From IMG/VR virus record IMGVR_UViG_3300043499_000126, positions 1 through 50,596 of that record: a stretch of 50,596 bases of DNA; one strand, given 5' to 3'. Below the pieces are notes generated by a model. That model saw only the letters and a list, made by a program, of their open reading frames with translations. It was not told where the DNA came from and did no database searches. Source of the DNA: a virus. Taxonomy: Duplodnaviria > Caudoviricetes. The position numbers and the translations under genes are program-made. Shown one piece after another: positions 18,664 to 28,695 of this stretch; position 1 is the stretch's first letter, and the number at the start of each line of letters is the position of its first letter.

Positions 18664-21600
18664 TTATTTAACCAGAACTTCATCATGTCTTTTCGAAGAT
18701 TCGCCATGCGAGTATTTGCAAGGGTATCAAGATGCCCCTGCTTGCTACGATCTAGACCTGCATGGATCTCCTGCATGATTGGGATTTGATTTTGATTCAT
18801 CTTAAAAATCGTTTGCTCAAGAGCAGAGCTAATGTCACCTTCAGTTAATTGAGGCAACTTGCCCTTCTTATAGAGCTTGATCATGTCATTGTAGACCTGA
18901 TCGTAGAATCCTGGACCACCTTGTGGATTGTAGTCCTCGTGGAGTTTGTTACCCTGGTAGCTCTTGAATGCACGACCTCTATCAATCTCGACGATACCAT
19001 TTGGGGTTCGGAGGAATTGCGCCCCGTGAGCATCCATGTTTCCTGTGAGCCAATCAACAGGGTGATTTCTGATTATGTCCCGAAGCTCCTCTGAAGTGAG
19101 CGTTGTGAGATCAACCTCCTTGAGCGTCGGCCAATTCATGTTGTTTCCAACAGCGGCCTGCATCGTCCCAGGCTTACCACCCATTTCCATCTTCTCTATC
19201 TTGATAGGATGTAGACCCGAGAGGTTAGCGATCTTGTTTGCAGATACCTCTTGGTCTGCAAAGTAAGGAGGATTAGCTTCTTTGAAAAGATAGTCTTGAC
19301 CACCCTTGGTATAAATTGACTTGCTCTTTGTTCCACCAAGTAGATCTTCAGCATCAGGAACCTTGATCTTGTAAGTATTATCGACAGCAGGAGCCGCGCT
19401 TTTAATATTAGTAGGACCTTGAATCAAATCCTCGATAGGCTTAACTTTAGGACTACCTGATATCCAGCCGCCATTCGGCTGTTGCTTCATGTATTGCGTA
19501 ACGAACGGATATGATGAAGCGTCTGCTTGAAAGAATGCGAGCTGTAACTTAGCAAAATCAGAAGGGTCTAAACCGACCTTTTCAGCCTTCTTCACAAGCT
19601 CATCTGCAACTTGCTGAGGTGTATACTTACTCGATCCCTGAAGAAGCCCACCAATCATGTCGTGATTGAAAAGTTCCGTAGCAAGCTCAATATCTTCCGG
19701 ATCAAATCCTTCCTTCTGTAGAATGTCCCGCATGATAGGAACAGTATGTGAATGCTGCATGGTCTTATCGCCAGCAGCTATAGCTTGAGGTTTCCCGATA
19801 TCATGCAGCGGAAGCGCGACATTCATTAAGGCTTCTACATCTATCCCAGACCGCTGGGAGATATCTTGAAATTCCTGTGGAGTTAGCTGAGTCTTCCACT
19901 GCTTGAGCACATCCTTTGTATGGGATTCGATGCTGCCCATTTCTGTCCCACTGTGCTTACCAAAGTTCTCTGCAACCTCTGGGTAGGTATTCTTTAGATA
20001 ATCTAGACTACCTTCAGCATCGAGAACTCCAATGGATTCTTTGCCCATTGGATTAAGAGGAGAAGGCTCTGGAATAGGCTCAGTACCAAATAGTTTGTCA
20101 AGCTCAGCAATATCTTGATCATACTTGCTCGGTATTGGAGCCTTACCGAGTTTACCCGCTTTCTTTGCATCAAAGGCTGCAATTTTATCTAAAGCTACAG
20201 GAGGTAACTTCATCCCCTGTGCTTGCATTTCACGGAGTTGCTTTACCGACTTTTGTAACCATGCAGCATCACTGCCCGCAGTCTTTGCAAGCTTTTTAGC
20301 ACCTTTACTTGGAGCTTTCCCGCCCATTGATTCAATGGGTGACTGGACAGGTTCAAGTTTACCTATCTGACTCATGTCTTGAGTAGCAGCTTCTATGCCA
20401 CCCTGATCAACAAAGTCATCCCACTCAGGGCCAGACCCGCGTGTAGATAGTATATCTTCTGCAGTAGGTTTCTTGACAAGATTAGGTGTTGCTGTAGGAG
20501 CTGGTCTCGTAGCACCTTTCATCAATGCGTCGAAATTTACTCCAGCGACATCTAGATTTTCACCCTGTACTGCTGACGGAAATTCAGTCTCCCCTGCCAT
20601 GTACATCGGATCATGAGGAGCAGAATCTAGAAATTGTCTCTGTGGATGGCTGTTTATGAAGGCATCTGCTTCAGCCTGCGAGTCGAAAGTCCCAAAGGAC
20701 TTCCCACTTCCAGGATCAAACACATCTACCTTCTCTACAACTGGCTCAACATCATCTATAAAGTTTGTAAGTGCTGGACCGGGAGCAAGTTCAGTCCCAT
20801 CGTCAATAGCTGTCTTCTTCATCTCCCAGAGTTCTTTGATCTCCTCGGCCGCTCCAGGATTACCTGACTGATTCGCCCAATCGACCGCAGCCATATGCAA
20901 GTCATGGGGCGATAGGTCTGGATGGATGGCAGCATTAAAGAATTCGTCTAGATTGTTACCCCACGCTGGTGGAATACCATACTGCTCCCAGATACTCTTT
21001 AAGTCAGTTGCGTGCTGCTGCATCACCCGATGAGTCTGTGGTTGATATAGAGCAGCCTCTGGATTCTTAGGTGCCGAAACAGGCTCATTAGCCTTTACAA
21101 TATTTTGAAAAAGATCATACTCGTTCGTAAAGAAGTCTTGAAAGTCTTCCTTTCCTCCAGGAGACATCTTGTTATATGCTTCTATAATTTCATCATATGT
21201 CCCACCGTTCTTGAGATTGGCAGCAAACGTGCCAGCAGATGGAGGTGTAGTAGCACCAAAGCTAGCCCAATGAGAACTAGCAGGTTGGCCTGCAACCTCG
21301 GGTGCAGAGAATATGATAGGCTTAATCTTCTCGTACAAATCCGGGTAGTTCTGAGAAAATTCTACCTGCTCAGAGCCAAGTAGCATCCCCCAAGAACCTT
21401 GGATATTCTCAGGGTTATCACCTTTTTGAGCTGCATTAAGCATGTCGCCTATGTAGCTATTTGATGGCTCTGGGATAACAGCGGTCGGGGCCTCGACAGG
21501 AAGTCGACCACTCTCGTATTGCTTAATAGCAGCAAGTTTCTTCGTCTGAACTTTATCAAGAGGTCGGCCAGCAGCTTCAAGCTCCTTGAGAGTCCCCTGT

Positions 21601-23399
21601 TCGTATGTCGAAATGGGCTGACCACCATAGGTCGGTCCTTCAGCAGGATAGACCTTAGGCTTCTTCGGTTTGATCTTCGGAGGATTGAGGTTTTCTTCAG
21701 CCCACTTCAGCGCCTGAGCCTCTTGAGAAGTCGGTGGAGGCTGAACTACAGGTAGTCCAGGAGCCTGTCCTGGGAGTGGTGCTGACACCCCACCTGGAGC
21801 GTCTGAAGGTATAATTCCCTTGAAGTATGACGAACCATAATCTCCCTTGGGCGTGCCAGCCGGGGCAAGTCCCATCGTCTGCCAGGGAGTCTTTTTAGGA
21901 TCTAGGGTAGAGCCTACTGGAGCAGTTAGAGTTTGTCTTGGATCAAACGCTATCGACCCTTGTTTACCATAACCATTACCAGCCACATAGTCAGTATAGT
22001 GAATCGCACCATACTCCATTGGCATACTTGGATGATTAAGTGCGGATGTTCCTGTCTTCCCAGGCACACCACCGATACCATGCACTGTGCCTACGTATCC
22101 CACATCACTATGACTAGGATAGCTCAATAGGGAATTGAGATCTTCAATAGCCTTTTTCGCTACCGGGTCTGCCTCCAGAGTCTTATAGTGTGCTGCGAGA
22201 ACTGCGGGTTTGATCTTGCCTGACCTGACATCTGCATGTGGTACTGCCTCAGCATAAGGACGCTGAGCTTCCCATGCATGTTCGATGTCCTGTATGTATT
22301 TCTTATCTTTAACTGGATCAAGCCTAGAAAGAATTACATCGATATCTTCACGAGGCACAGGTGCCATTCGGACATCTAGAACTTTTGTAGTCTCTGGGAA
22401 GTCTAGGGGTAATTGATTACCATAAGAATAGCTCTGATTGGACTGTCCTGTTGGAGCTTTACCTGACGCACGAGCTGCCTTGGCCTGAGCAGGTGTGTAA
22501 TAACCTGCATGACCCATGCGCTCTATCACATCCTCACCAGAATGTGTGCCGAAACCAGTCTTAAGAATTTTCTCAGCATCACTATCGTAATTTAGCTGAT
22601 GTGTGAAACCCTCAACACCACGGACTTTCTTCCAAAGGTTAGGAGGTAACCAACCTCCCATCACACCATGAGCAACGTCAGCACCTGCACCAAGGACAGC
22701 GCCAGCAGGAATTAATCCAAGTGCATCGACAGATCCTAGAGCTAATTGAATCTGGGCATCAAGTATCTTACTTCCTGTCGAGCCCGTGCGTTTGAGAGTT
22801 TCCTGTCCTAGATCGCTGGCGTGGAACGCTCCCTTTTCGTAGCCTGACTTGACGCCCTTGAGACCTTCCCAGGCCACATCGGACATAGGCTTCTTCTCAG
22901 AGCCTGTGTTTCTTGGATCAATAACGTCCAGGTATGCACCACCCGCTCGACCTATACTCTCAGTAGATGCACCAAGGACTCCTGAGGCTTTACCGAGTTT
23001 ATCTCTTGTAGACTGAGGAAGGGATTCGTAACCTGTCTTGATATCTTCACCAAGAACGCTCGCGACATCACCGACATCTTGAGTTCCCCTGAACTCATTA
23101 CGAAGATGTTCGGTGTAGTCACCAACGTTCTTTGCAATCTTTTGACCTGCTGATCTGAGCTTGCCTCCAACTGCCTGTCCAATTTTCTCAGGAGTAGGAA
23201 TAGAGAAAGGCTCCTTAACAGGTGGCGTTACAGGAAGATTAACATCACCACCAGGAGGCTCGAAAGGGTCCATGCCACCACGGAGACGCTCAAATCTAGT
23301 CGGAGGACGAGGCGTATTCCACCAGTCACGCACCCCACCGAGCGCGCGTATGGCACGAGTATATAGACCGCCGTCGTCGTAATCTTCAGAACTAGCCAT
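18660..23399 (-). CDS. Large polyvalent protein with an ART-like region, an HD phosphohydrolase domain and a HipA/PI3K-like kinase domain
   Basis: HD: SHTKDV...LPLHDIGKP...H...NHD...AD; kinase-like: YLFKE...QEVSA...DWLTGNMDAH...IDRGRAF; ART-like: THQ...AEKILKTGF...GYYT...AFDPRQ. Confidence 0.7.
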   Translation of the reverse strand: MASSEDYDDGGLYTRAIRALGGVRDWWNTPRPPTRFERLRGGMDPFEPPGGDVNLPVTPPVKEPFSIPTPEKIGQAVGGKLRSAGQKIAKNVGDYTEHLRNEFRGTQDVGDVASVLGEDIKTGYESLPQSTRDKLGKASGVLGASTESIGRAGGAYLDVIDPRNTGSEKKPMSDVAWEGLKGVKSGYEKGAFHASDLGQETLKRTGSTGSKILDAQIQLALGSVDALGLIPAGAVLGAGADVAHGVMGGWLPPNLWKKVRGVEGFTHQLNYDSDAEKILKTGFGTHSGEDVIERMGHAGYYTPAQAKAARASGKAPTGQSNQSYSYGNQLPLDFPETTKVLDVRMAPVPREDIDVILSRLDPVKDKKYIQDIEHAWEAQRPYAEAVPHADVRSGKIKPAVLAAHYKTLEADPVAKKAIEDLNSLLSYPSHSDVGYVGTVHGIGGVPGKTGTSALNHPSMPMEYGAIHYTDYVAGNGYGKQGSIAFDPRQTLTAPVGSTLDPKKTPWQTMGLAPAGTPKGDYGSSYFKGIIPSDAPGGVSAPLPGQAPGLPVVQPPPTSQEAQALKWAEENLNPPKIKPKKPKVYPAEGPTYGGQPISTYEQGTLKELEAAGRPLDKVQTKKLAAIKQYESGRLPVEAPTAVIPEPSNSYIGDMLNAAQKGDNPENIQGSWGMLLGSEQVEFSQNYPDLYEKIKPIIFSAPEVAGQPASSHWASFGATTPPSAGTFAANLKNGGTYDEIIEAYNKMSPGGKEDFQDFFTNEYDLFQNIVKANEPVSAPKNPEAALYQPQTHRVMQQHATDLKSIWEQYGIPPAWGNNLDEFFNAAIHPDLSPHDLHMAAVDWANQSGNPGAAEEIKELWEMKKTAIDDGTELAPGPALTNFIDDVEPVVEKVDVFDPGSGKSFGTFDSQAEADAFINSHPQRQFLDSAPHDPMYMAGETEFPSAVQGENLDVAGVNFDALMKGATRPAPTATPNLVKKPTAEDILSTRGSGPEWDDFVDQGGIEAATQDMSQIGKLEPVQSPIESMGGKAPSKGAKKLAKTAGSDAAWLQKSVKQLREMQAQGMKLPPVALDKIAAFDAKKAGKLGKAPIPSKYDQDIAELDKLFGTEPIPEPSPLNPMGKESIGVLDAEGSLDYLKNTYPEVAENFGKHSGTEMGSIESHTKDVLKQWKTQLTPQEFQDISQRSGIDVEALMNVALPLHDIGKPQAIAAGDKTMQHSHTVPIMRDILQKEGFDPEDIELATELFNHDMIGGLLQGSSKYTPQQVADELVKKAEKVGLDPSDFAKLQLAFFQADASSYPFVTQYMKQQPNGGWISGSPKVKPIEDLIQGPTNIKSAAPAVDNTYKIKVPDAEDLLGGTKSKSIYTKGGQDYLFKEANPPYFADQEVSANKIANLSGLHPIKIEKMEMGGKPGTMQAAVGNNMNWPTLKEVDLTTLTSEELRDIIRNHPVDWLTGNMDAHGAQFLRTPNGIVEIDRGRAFKSYQGNKLHEDYNPQGGPGFYDQVYNDMIKLYKKGKLPQLTEGDISSALEQTIFKMNQNQIPIMQEIHAGLDRSKQGHLDTLANTRMANLRKDMMKFWLNK

Positions 23400-23781
23400 T
23401 TACTTCAACTGTAGGAAGTTTCCCAGCTTTGTCGTAGTCGGCTTGCACGCGTTCCCAATATTCTTTGTTAGCGTTGGGATGTGTTTCGCGTTCCTTCTGC
23501 TCCGCTAGTCTTCTCAGCTGAGATATAGAAAGATTGTTTCTGAGTGGCTTCATGCCACCTTCGGTGGCCTGATCCTCAGTCGAAGCTTGACTTCGGTTCG
23601 TCGCAGGAACGACCATCGCAAGTAGACTTGCATAACTTTCTCTTTCTGACTTGAGAAGGTTCTGCAAGTCCTCGATGTGCATCCTGTGCGCGACACAACC
23701 AGCACAGGACTGTGGAAGAGTATAAGTACGAACGAAAAGACTCTTGAACCACTCAAGCAATTTAGAGTCTCCCACGACCAA
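23392..23781 (-). CDS. Hypothetical protein (CxxC plus coiled coil)
   Basis: 129-aa ORF overlapping the next gene; start uncertain. Confidence 0.6.
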   Translation of the reverse strand: MVVGDSKLLEWFKSLFVRTYTLPQSCAGCVAHRMHIEDLQNLLKSERESYASLLAMVVPATNRSQASTEDQATEGGMKPLRNNLSISQLRRLAEQKERETHPNANKEYWERVQADYDKAGKLPTVEVNG

Positions 23782-23914
23782 ACAAAAGATACAGAATGAG
23801 GATTAGTAAGAGAAGCCCCATTGGACTGTATCCCCAACTACGGCTATAGGGATACCACGGTCCGATACCGATTAACAGAATCAAGAGGACGATGATGATC
23901 AGCATTTTTGCCTT

Positions 23915-25591
23915 TCAGTGCGCCACGTAGTAAGGAAATCTTGAACGTCTTGGTCTTTTGTGAAATAACTTGACTGGACGATCGTTATGTTTCTTGTCGC
24001 GCTCGAGCTTTTCCATCTTTCTGTAGAATCCGGTCATGTCTCCTGTGTTCTGTAGGAACTCAAGGACCGCATTCAGTCTTTCTCGATCTTCACTTACTGT
24101 AACGCTCTGCTCAACCCAACGATGTATCTCTTTTACGAGATAGCGACACCCATCGTACGGGTCATCGCCATCGAACTCCATGACGTCTTCCATTCGGGTG
24201 TCGTCATAGATGCAGAGCGGAATAACGTCTTCGAGCGCTCCGAGATCCTTATCCACGTACATGCGTGAATTCTTGAAAATCTGGAGCTTCGGGAGGTTCG
24301 TTTCCGGCTTCTCCGGCTCGAACATCGAGGCATACTCTTTATATGCCTTTTCTCCGTAGATTCTGAAGATACGCGCACCGATCTCAATCGAGTAGCCCTC
24401 TTTTGGTATGATACGTTCTGGCTTTGGCTTCCATCTCAAGTATTCATGCATTAGCATTTTACCACTGATGCGATCATTATCTGCTAATTGTATCTTGAAT
24501 CTCTGTTCTAGATTAGGAGGATTAAGGACATCGCTGAACTGCTGCAATATCGACTTCAAATCCCCTTCCCGTCTCTTCGCCGACGGGTCGATAACTACTG
24601 AATCTATGATTTCTTCCTGAGATATGCGAACAAAGTCGCTAGCCCAATCGACAATCTTCCTGTTTTTCTGACCGTACTGACGGTAAATGAAGGCTTGTCC
24701 GTTAGGCGCGACGGCCGCCCAACCTATCCACGTCATTGCTGCATGACCCCAGTCAATTCCTACGATCCTGGGCCAATAAGCTGGAATTGGAAATGGATCT
24801 ATGAGATGGAGCGCGTTCTTTGGCTCACCTGCGAAGTGCTCAAAGCGATATTCGTCGAATACTTGACCAGTGAATGTCCACCAGTCACCTTCGAGCTTGG
24901 CCTTACGTTCCGCAAGTGGTAGAAGTTGGAGTCTATTGATGTAGTTAGGGTCCGCCTGCATCAAGAACTGATTGTCTGTCAGCTTGGCGGGGATGAAGAT
25001 TCTGTAGCTTTTGGCTGCTCTGTCAAAGATCTTGGTGTATCCTGCTCTAGCAGGTTCGACAAAGCGACGACGAACCCAAGCATGGCCGACGTTACCAGGG
25101 TTAGTAGCACCCCTAACGATTGCAGGTAAAGAAGAATCTGAAGTACGACATCTGGACGTGAGGAAGACGTACTGGAATTCTTCAAACGCCGTGAGTTCAT
25201 CGAAACCTATGTAGTTGTATTCGGCGGTGTCGTGGGACCTAGCATCTTCAGCGCGCAGCATATAGCTGAACTGAATCCAGGCTCCCGACGGAAATGTCCA
25301 GCGATGTTTTGTGTCATTGTAGGTTGCTCCGAAAAGTGGGTAGATGTCTCTCGATCTGGGGATAAGCGACTCTTCCAACTCTGGGAAGGTGCGCCTGAAT
25401 ATGATTCCTTTGAAGAAAGCATTCTGATACCACCCTCGAACAATGGGTAACATCAGAAGGATTTCTGACTTACCTCCACCGGCCGCGCCCCCGTACATCG
25501 CCTCAAAGATCGAGTCGGGGATTTTGATGAAGTCCGTTTGCCTTTTGTTAGGCTCCCAGACTTTGTTGCCATCTACTAACTGAAATGGCAT
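23915..25591 (-). CDS. terL: Terminase large subunit
   Basis: Walker A YGGAAGGGKS, Walker B IGFDEL, ATNPG coupling motif, nuclease motifs GIDWG and DDPYDG. Confidence 0.95.
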   Translation of the reverse strand: MPFQLVDGNKVWEPNKRQTDFIKIPDSIFEAMYGGAAGGGKSEILLMLPIVRGWYQNAFFKGIIFRRTFPELEESLIPRSRDIYPLFGATYNDTKHRWTFPSGAWIQFSYMLRAEDARSHDTAEYNYIGFDELTAFEEFQYVFLTSRCRTSDSSLPAIVRGATNPGNVGHAWVRRRFVEPARAGYTKIFDRAAKSYRIFIPAKLTDNQFLMQADPNYINRLQLLPLAERKAKLEGDWWTFTGQVFDEYRFEHFAGEPKNALHLIDPFPIPAYWPRIVGIDWGHAAMTWIGWAAVAPNGQAFIYRQYGQKNRKIVDWASDFVRISQEEIIDSVVIDPSAKRREGDLKSILQQFSDVLNPPNLEQRFKIQLADNDRISGKMLMHEYLRWKPKPERIIPKEGYSIEIGARIFRIYGEKAYKEYASMFEPEKPETNLPKLQIFKNSRMYVDKDLGALEDVIPLCIYDDTRMEDVMEFDGDDPYDGCRYLVKEIHRWVEQSVTVSEDRERLNAVLEFLQNTGDMTGFYRKMEKLERDKKHNDRPVKLFHKRPRRSRFPYYVAH

Positions 25592-25809
25592 TAGACCTTA
25601 GCCGTCACCGTAGCTGCGCCAGTCGTGCATCGAATGAATGAGGCTGCGGTGCGCACACCTGCAACAGGTGCAGTCCAGGGACCAGTAATAGTTTGCCCAA
25701 CTTCACACGCTGGCTCAGTAAAGAGCATACACGCGCGCGCAGGTAGAGCATAGATGACATTTTGCAGGAGGATTGTCGGGACTCCAGCGGGAACACTATA
25801 AGTAGGCAT
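25591..25809 (-). CDS. Small hypothetical protein
   Basis: 72 aa with TAATG coupling on both sides. Confidence 0.65.
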   Translation of the reverse strand: MPTYSVPAGVPTILLQNVIYALPARACMLFTEPACEVGQTITGPWTAPVAGVRTAASFIRCTTGAATVTAKV

Positions 25810-25958
25810 TACTTCTTACTCCAAAGTTTTCTTCGGTTCGTCGGAGTCTTATCGACAAACTCCTTTGCGACAGCAGGGTCGATCTTCTGAGGACCCTTCA
25901 GTCCACCGTGCGCGGCTGCTTGCATGAAACGATATTGCTTAGCAGACTTGGCAGGCAC
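25809..25958 (-). CDS. Small basic protein (MPAKSAKQYRFMQAAAHGG...), 49 aa, not in the ORF track
   Basis: Read by hand: AGGAG RBS, GTG start, TAATG coupling to the next gene. Confidence 0.7.
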   Translation of the reverse strand: MPAKSAKQYRFMQAAAHGGLKGPQKIDPAVAKEFVDKTPTNRRKLWSKK

Positions 25959-25997
25959 CTAACTACTCCTTCGGCTGACTACTCCTTCGGTTCGTCG

Positions 25998-26285
25998 TCA
26001 GTAGAGTGCCGGGGGTCGTCGGCCTCGCACTGCTTCCAGCGCGATTGGATCTACTTGGTTTGGATTCGGACCTTGTATCGGTCCTTGAGGAGGTGCTTGC
26101 ATTGGCATCCGAGGCACACCTCCACCGAGTCCCTGTGGCGCGCCCATCCCAGGCATAGGACCTCGTCCCATCATTCCTGGAGGTCGCATCGGCGGACGAG
26201 GACCAGCTAAAGGTCCCGCTCCGCCCGGACCCGCGCCCATCATTCTTCGACGCTGAGGCATCGCAGCATCACCAGGAGGATACAT
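25998..26285 (-). CDS. Pro/Gly/Met-rich low-complexity protein
   Basis: 95 aa, AAGGAG RBS. Confidence 0.6.
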   Translation of the reverse strand: MYPPGDAAMPQRRRMMGAGPGGAGPLAGPRPPMRPPGMMGRGPMPGMGAPQGLGGGVPRMPMQAPPQGPIQGPNPNQVDPIALEAVRGRRPPALY

Positions 26286-26344
26286 GATTGCTCCTTAAGG
26301 AGGATGGGCCTCATTAAAGACCCATCCTTGACTTCGGTTCGTCG

Positions 26345-27448
26345 TTACCGTCTGGCCTGAGGAACGTTCGGTGATTGAGGAACTGAGCCTCCGCCGCGCA
26401 CGATCGGAGGCGGAGCATCACCTGTCTGCCAGGTCGTTCCATCCCAGTATGCGTGGCTGTTGTCACCGAGAACTACGTGCTGACCCTCAGTCCACGGAGT
26501 CGTCGGGCTGGCTGTACAGGCGCTGAGACCTGCGAGGTCTGCCGCCGGTGTTGCGCCGCTCGGAGTGAAAGAGCCAGGACTTCCCGCTGTCGCGCCTGTC
26601 GCGTCGCCCTGTTCTGGAGGAGGGGCTTCACCACCTGCATCGATAACTTCGATGGGAATGGACTGAGGAACCAGAGTTGCAGTCTCTGAAGGTGTAGCAG
26701 TGGGAGGACCCTCGCCTGAATCGACAGGCTTCCAGACCTGAGCAACCGTTGCTCCACCTTCGCCTTCCTTGCCCTGCATTGAGAAAGCGTCGACGAGCTT
26801 CTGCTTGCGCGCCCGTTCAGTGTCGCGTGCCTCACGAGCGTTCGCCACTTCACGCTCGATGTTCTCGTCGGCTTCGGCTTCCTGCTCTGGAGTCATGGGC
26901 AGACGGTTGCCGTCATCGAGGCGTCGTGCAATAACACCTCGCTTCAGAGTCTCCCTGAGCAGATTGTCCCAGTTACCCGTACTGAAGTCGAAACCTTCCA
27001 GCTCCTCGAAAGCGTCCTGCGAAAAAACCGCGTGATGACCTCCGACGCGCATCACGATGTCACCAGGACCTGCCTGGACTTCACCGTGTTTGGTCTTGAT
27101 GTTCAGCGGCGTCGAGAGGTTGATGAAGATCTCCTGCTTCTTGAGCTTCTGCACGTCCCCCCGCTCCCGAGCGAGGTCGATCACCTGCTTCATCGTGCGG
27201 CCCGCCCCTATCGGTAGGGGTGTCGTTCCCCCGAAGGAGGTCGCTGTATTGACCGAGATTGTTGAAGCCGGGTCCTTGATTCGAGGTTCCGGTTCCGGAG
27301 GAAGATTCTCCACTCCCTCGATCGCTCCGCTGGGGTTCAGAGGAATTGTCGTCGCCGAGCCGCCCGGCTGGTATCCCTCTTTCGCCCTGTCCTCGTTCCC
27401 CGGGGACCTGCTGTCCCTGTCTGAGGTCGTTGGTGTCGGTTCTGCCAT
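26345..27448 (-). CDS. Virion-associated protein with a C-terminal decoration-like module
   Basis: GAGAGG RBS; the C-terminal ATGATAGSPGSFTPSGA...WTEGQHVVLGDNSHAYWDGTTW segment resembles a small module seen on phage structural proteins (recalled, not searched). Confidence 0.6.
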   Translation of the reverse strand: MAEPTPTTSDRDSRSPGNEDRAKEGYQPGGSATTIPLNPSGAIEGVENLPPEPEPRIKDPASTISVNTATSFGGTTPLPIGAGRTMKQVIDLARERGDVQKLKKQEIFINLSTPLNIKTKHGEVQAGPGDIVMRVGGHHAVFSQDAFEELEGFDFSTGNWDNLLRETLKRGVIARRLDDGNRLPMTPEQEAEADENIEREVANAREARDTERARKQKLVDAFSMQGKEGEGGATVAQVWKPVDSGEGPPTATPSETATLVPQSIPIEVIDAGGEAPPPEQGDATGATAGSPGSFTPSGATPAADLAGLSACTASPTTPWTEGQHVVLGDNSHAYWDGTTWQTGDAPPPIVRGGGSVPQSPNVPQARR

Positions 27449-27662
27449 TTTGGTCCTCTCGGATGATTAGCACATTCAGTGCCTTTGGCCCTTGGTCACC
27501 TTCCTCATATGTAAAGGTAACTTTGTCGTTCTCCTTCATATTTCTGAAGGGAACTGAGGATCGAAGGATCTTGGACCAGTGACAGAAGTAGTCCCGCTGA
27601 TCTGAACCTTCGATGAATGCGAAACCTTTATCAAGAAATATCTTTCTTACATATCCAGTCAT
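27081..27662 (-). CDS. Cold-shock-domain protein with a long extension overlapping the next gene
   Basis: TGYVRKIFLDKGFAFI (RNP1-like), DYFCHWS (RNP2-like), GPKALNV in the first ~66 aa. Confidence 0.8.
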   Translation of the reverse strand: MTGYVRKIFLDKGFAFIEGSDQRDYFCHWSKILRSSVPFRNMKENDKVTFTYEEGDQGPKALNVLIIREDQNGRTDTNDLRQGQQVPGERGQGERGIPAGRLGDDNSSEPQRSDRGSGESSSGTGTSNQGPGFNNLGQYSDLLRGNDTPTDRGGPHDEAGDRPRSGAGGRAEAQEAGDLHQPLDAAEHQDQTR

Positions 27663-27665
27663 TTG

Positions 27666-28325
27666 TCACCCTATCTCGATAGTCTCGTAATGTGTCTCTT
27701 TTTCCTGCTCTGGAGCAAAGACTATCACTTGCGCGTTATTAGCAGGAGGAGTAATAACAGTAGGCTTCGTCGAGGCAAGAATGCCTGAAAGGTTGCGCGC
27801 GATCATCGACAACTCTTTGGCGTCCTTGTTATCCAGCTTTTCTGTAGTGATCAGACCTACAGTTTCGCTTAGAACGTCGAGAACTTGGGATCTTATGAGG
27901 AGAGTGTTATGATCGACTTGTTCGGCAAGACCAGGACTCTCTTTGTCTTGAGAGGTGCGGCCGTGCTTATAGTGATGTGCCATCGTCGGGTTGACTCCCC
28001 ATGCCGCTGCCGCGGCAGAAGATGTTCCAACTCTAGCAGCTGAACCGATGAGAGCACGAAAGATCGGTGGGACGTTACCCTGCTGAGGATATCGTCCTCC
28101 ACGCTGGTCGGAAGTCTTGAGATGCCTTCGTCCCGCCAGAATGGCAAGCCGAACGATGTCATCTTCAGTGGGTTCGGTGGGATTGTCGGCAGCGTCATCG
28201 AGAGCAATGTCTACTTCAGAGATAGGTTCAGGGACAACCTTCGGGATGGGGATCTTTCCCAACCTATGCAGAAGATTGTCAGGTGAATTCCGCCGTCGGT
28301 CTGATTCTTCTTCCGATATAAACAT
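27666..28325 (-). CDS. HTH-containing protein, candidate terminase small subunit
   Basis: First gene of the leftward operon; HTH-like SSAAAAAWGVNPTMAHHYKHG, then helices and a short beta tail. Confidence 0.45.
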   Translation of the reverse strand: MFISEEESDRRRNSPDNLLHRLGKIPIPKVVPEPISEVDIALDDAADNPTEPTEDDIVRLAILAGRRHLKTSDQRGGRYPQQGNVPPIFRALIGSAARVGTSSAAAAAWGVNPTMAHHYKHGRTSQDKESPGLAEQVDHNTLLIRSQVLDVLSETVGLITTEKLDNKDAKELSMIARNLSGILASTKPTVITPPANNAQVIVFAPEQEKETHYETIEIG

Positions 28326-28343
28326 TGCAGATGGTACGTGCAG

Positions 28344-28372
28344 ATTCTAACACAAATCAGAAAACATGTCAA
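28344..28372 (-). promoter_or_regulatory. Leftward sigma70-type promoter for the structural arm
   Basis: TTGACA-17 nt-TAGAAT with extended -10 TG, upstream of ATG 28325. Confidence 0.75.
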
Positions 28373-28660
28373 GCAAATTCGCTAAACCCTTTGTTTGCAA
28401 CGACTTACAGGCAGCCGTTCACCAAGTGAACAGCTAACTACTGTGTGTCATTTTTTATTATCTGGTCAATAGGTACGGACAATATGGGACCCGTTATATA
28501 AAATCGTAAAAACATACGTTTTATAAACAAACGTGTGATGACTAGCCTTCCCCGTAGGGGGAAATGGGACCCGCGGAGCGGGACATACCTCCCCCGACAG
28601 GGGGAGGAGAGCAAACGACGACCGTGAGCATTGGGCGTCTGCCCAATAAAAATAGGGCAC

Positions 28661-28689
28661 TTGACATAATATATATGTCATGGTATACT
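28661..28689 (+). promoter_or_regulatory. Sigma70-type promoter with an overlapping palindrome
   Basis: TTGACA-17-TATACT; inverted repeat TGACATA-atata-TATGTCA over the -35 box and spacer. Confidence 0.75.
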
Positions 28690-28695
28690 GTCTGT

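Noticed and set aside
15264-18789. Several long plus-strand ORFs opposite the scaffold and portal genes
   Set aside because: Antisense shadows with no RBS or motifs, opposite well-supported structural genes
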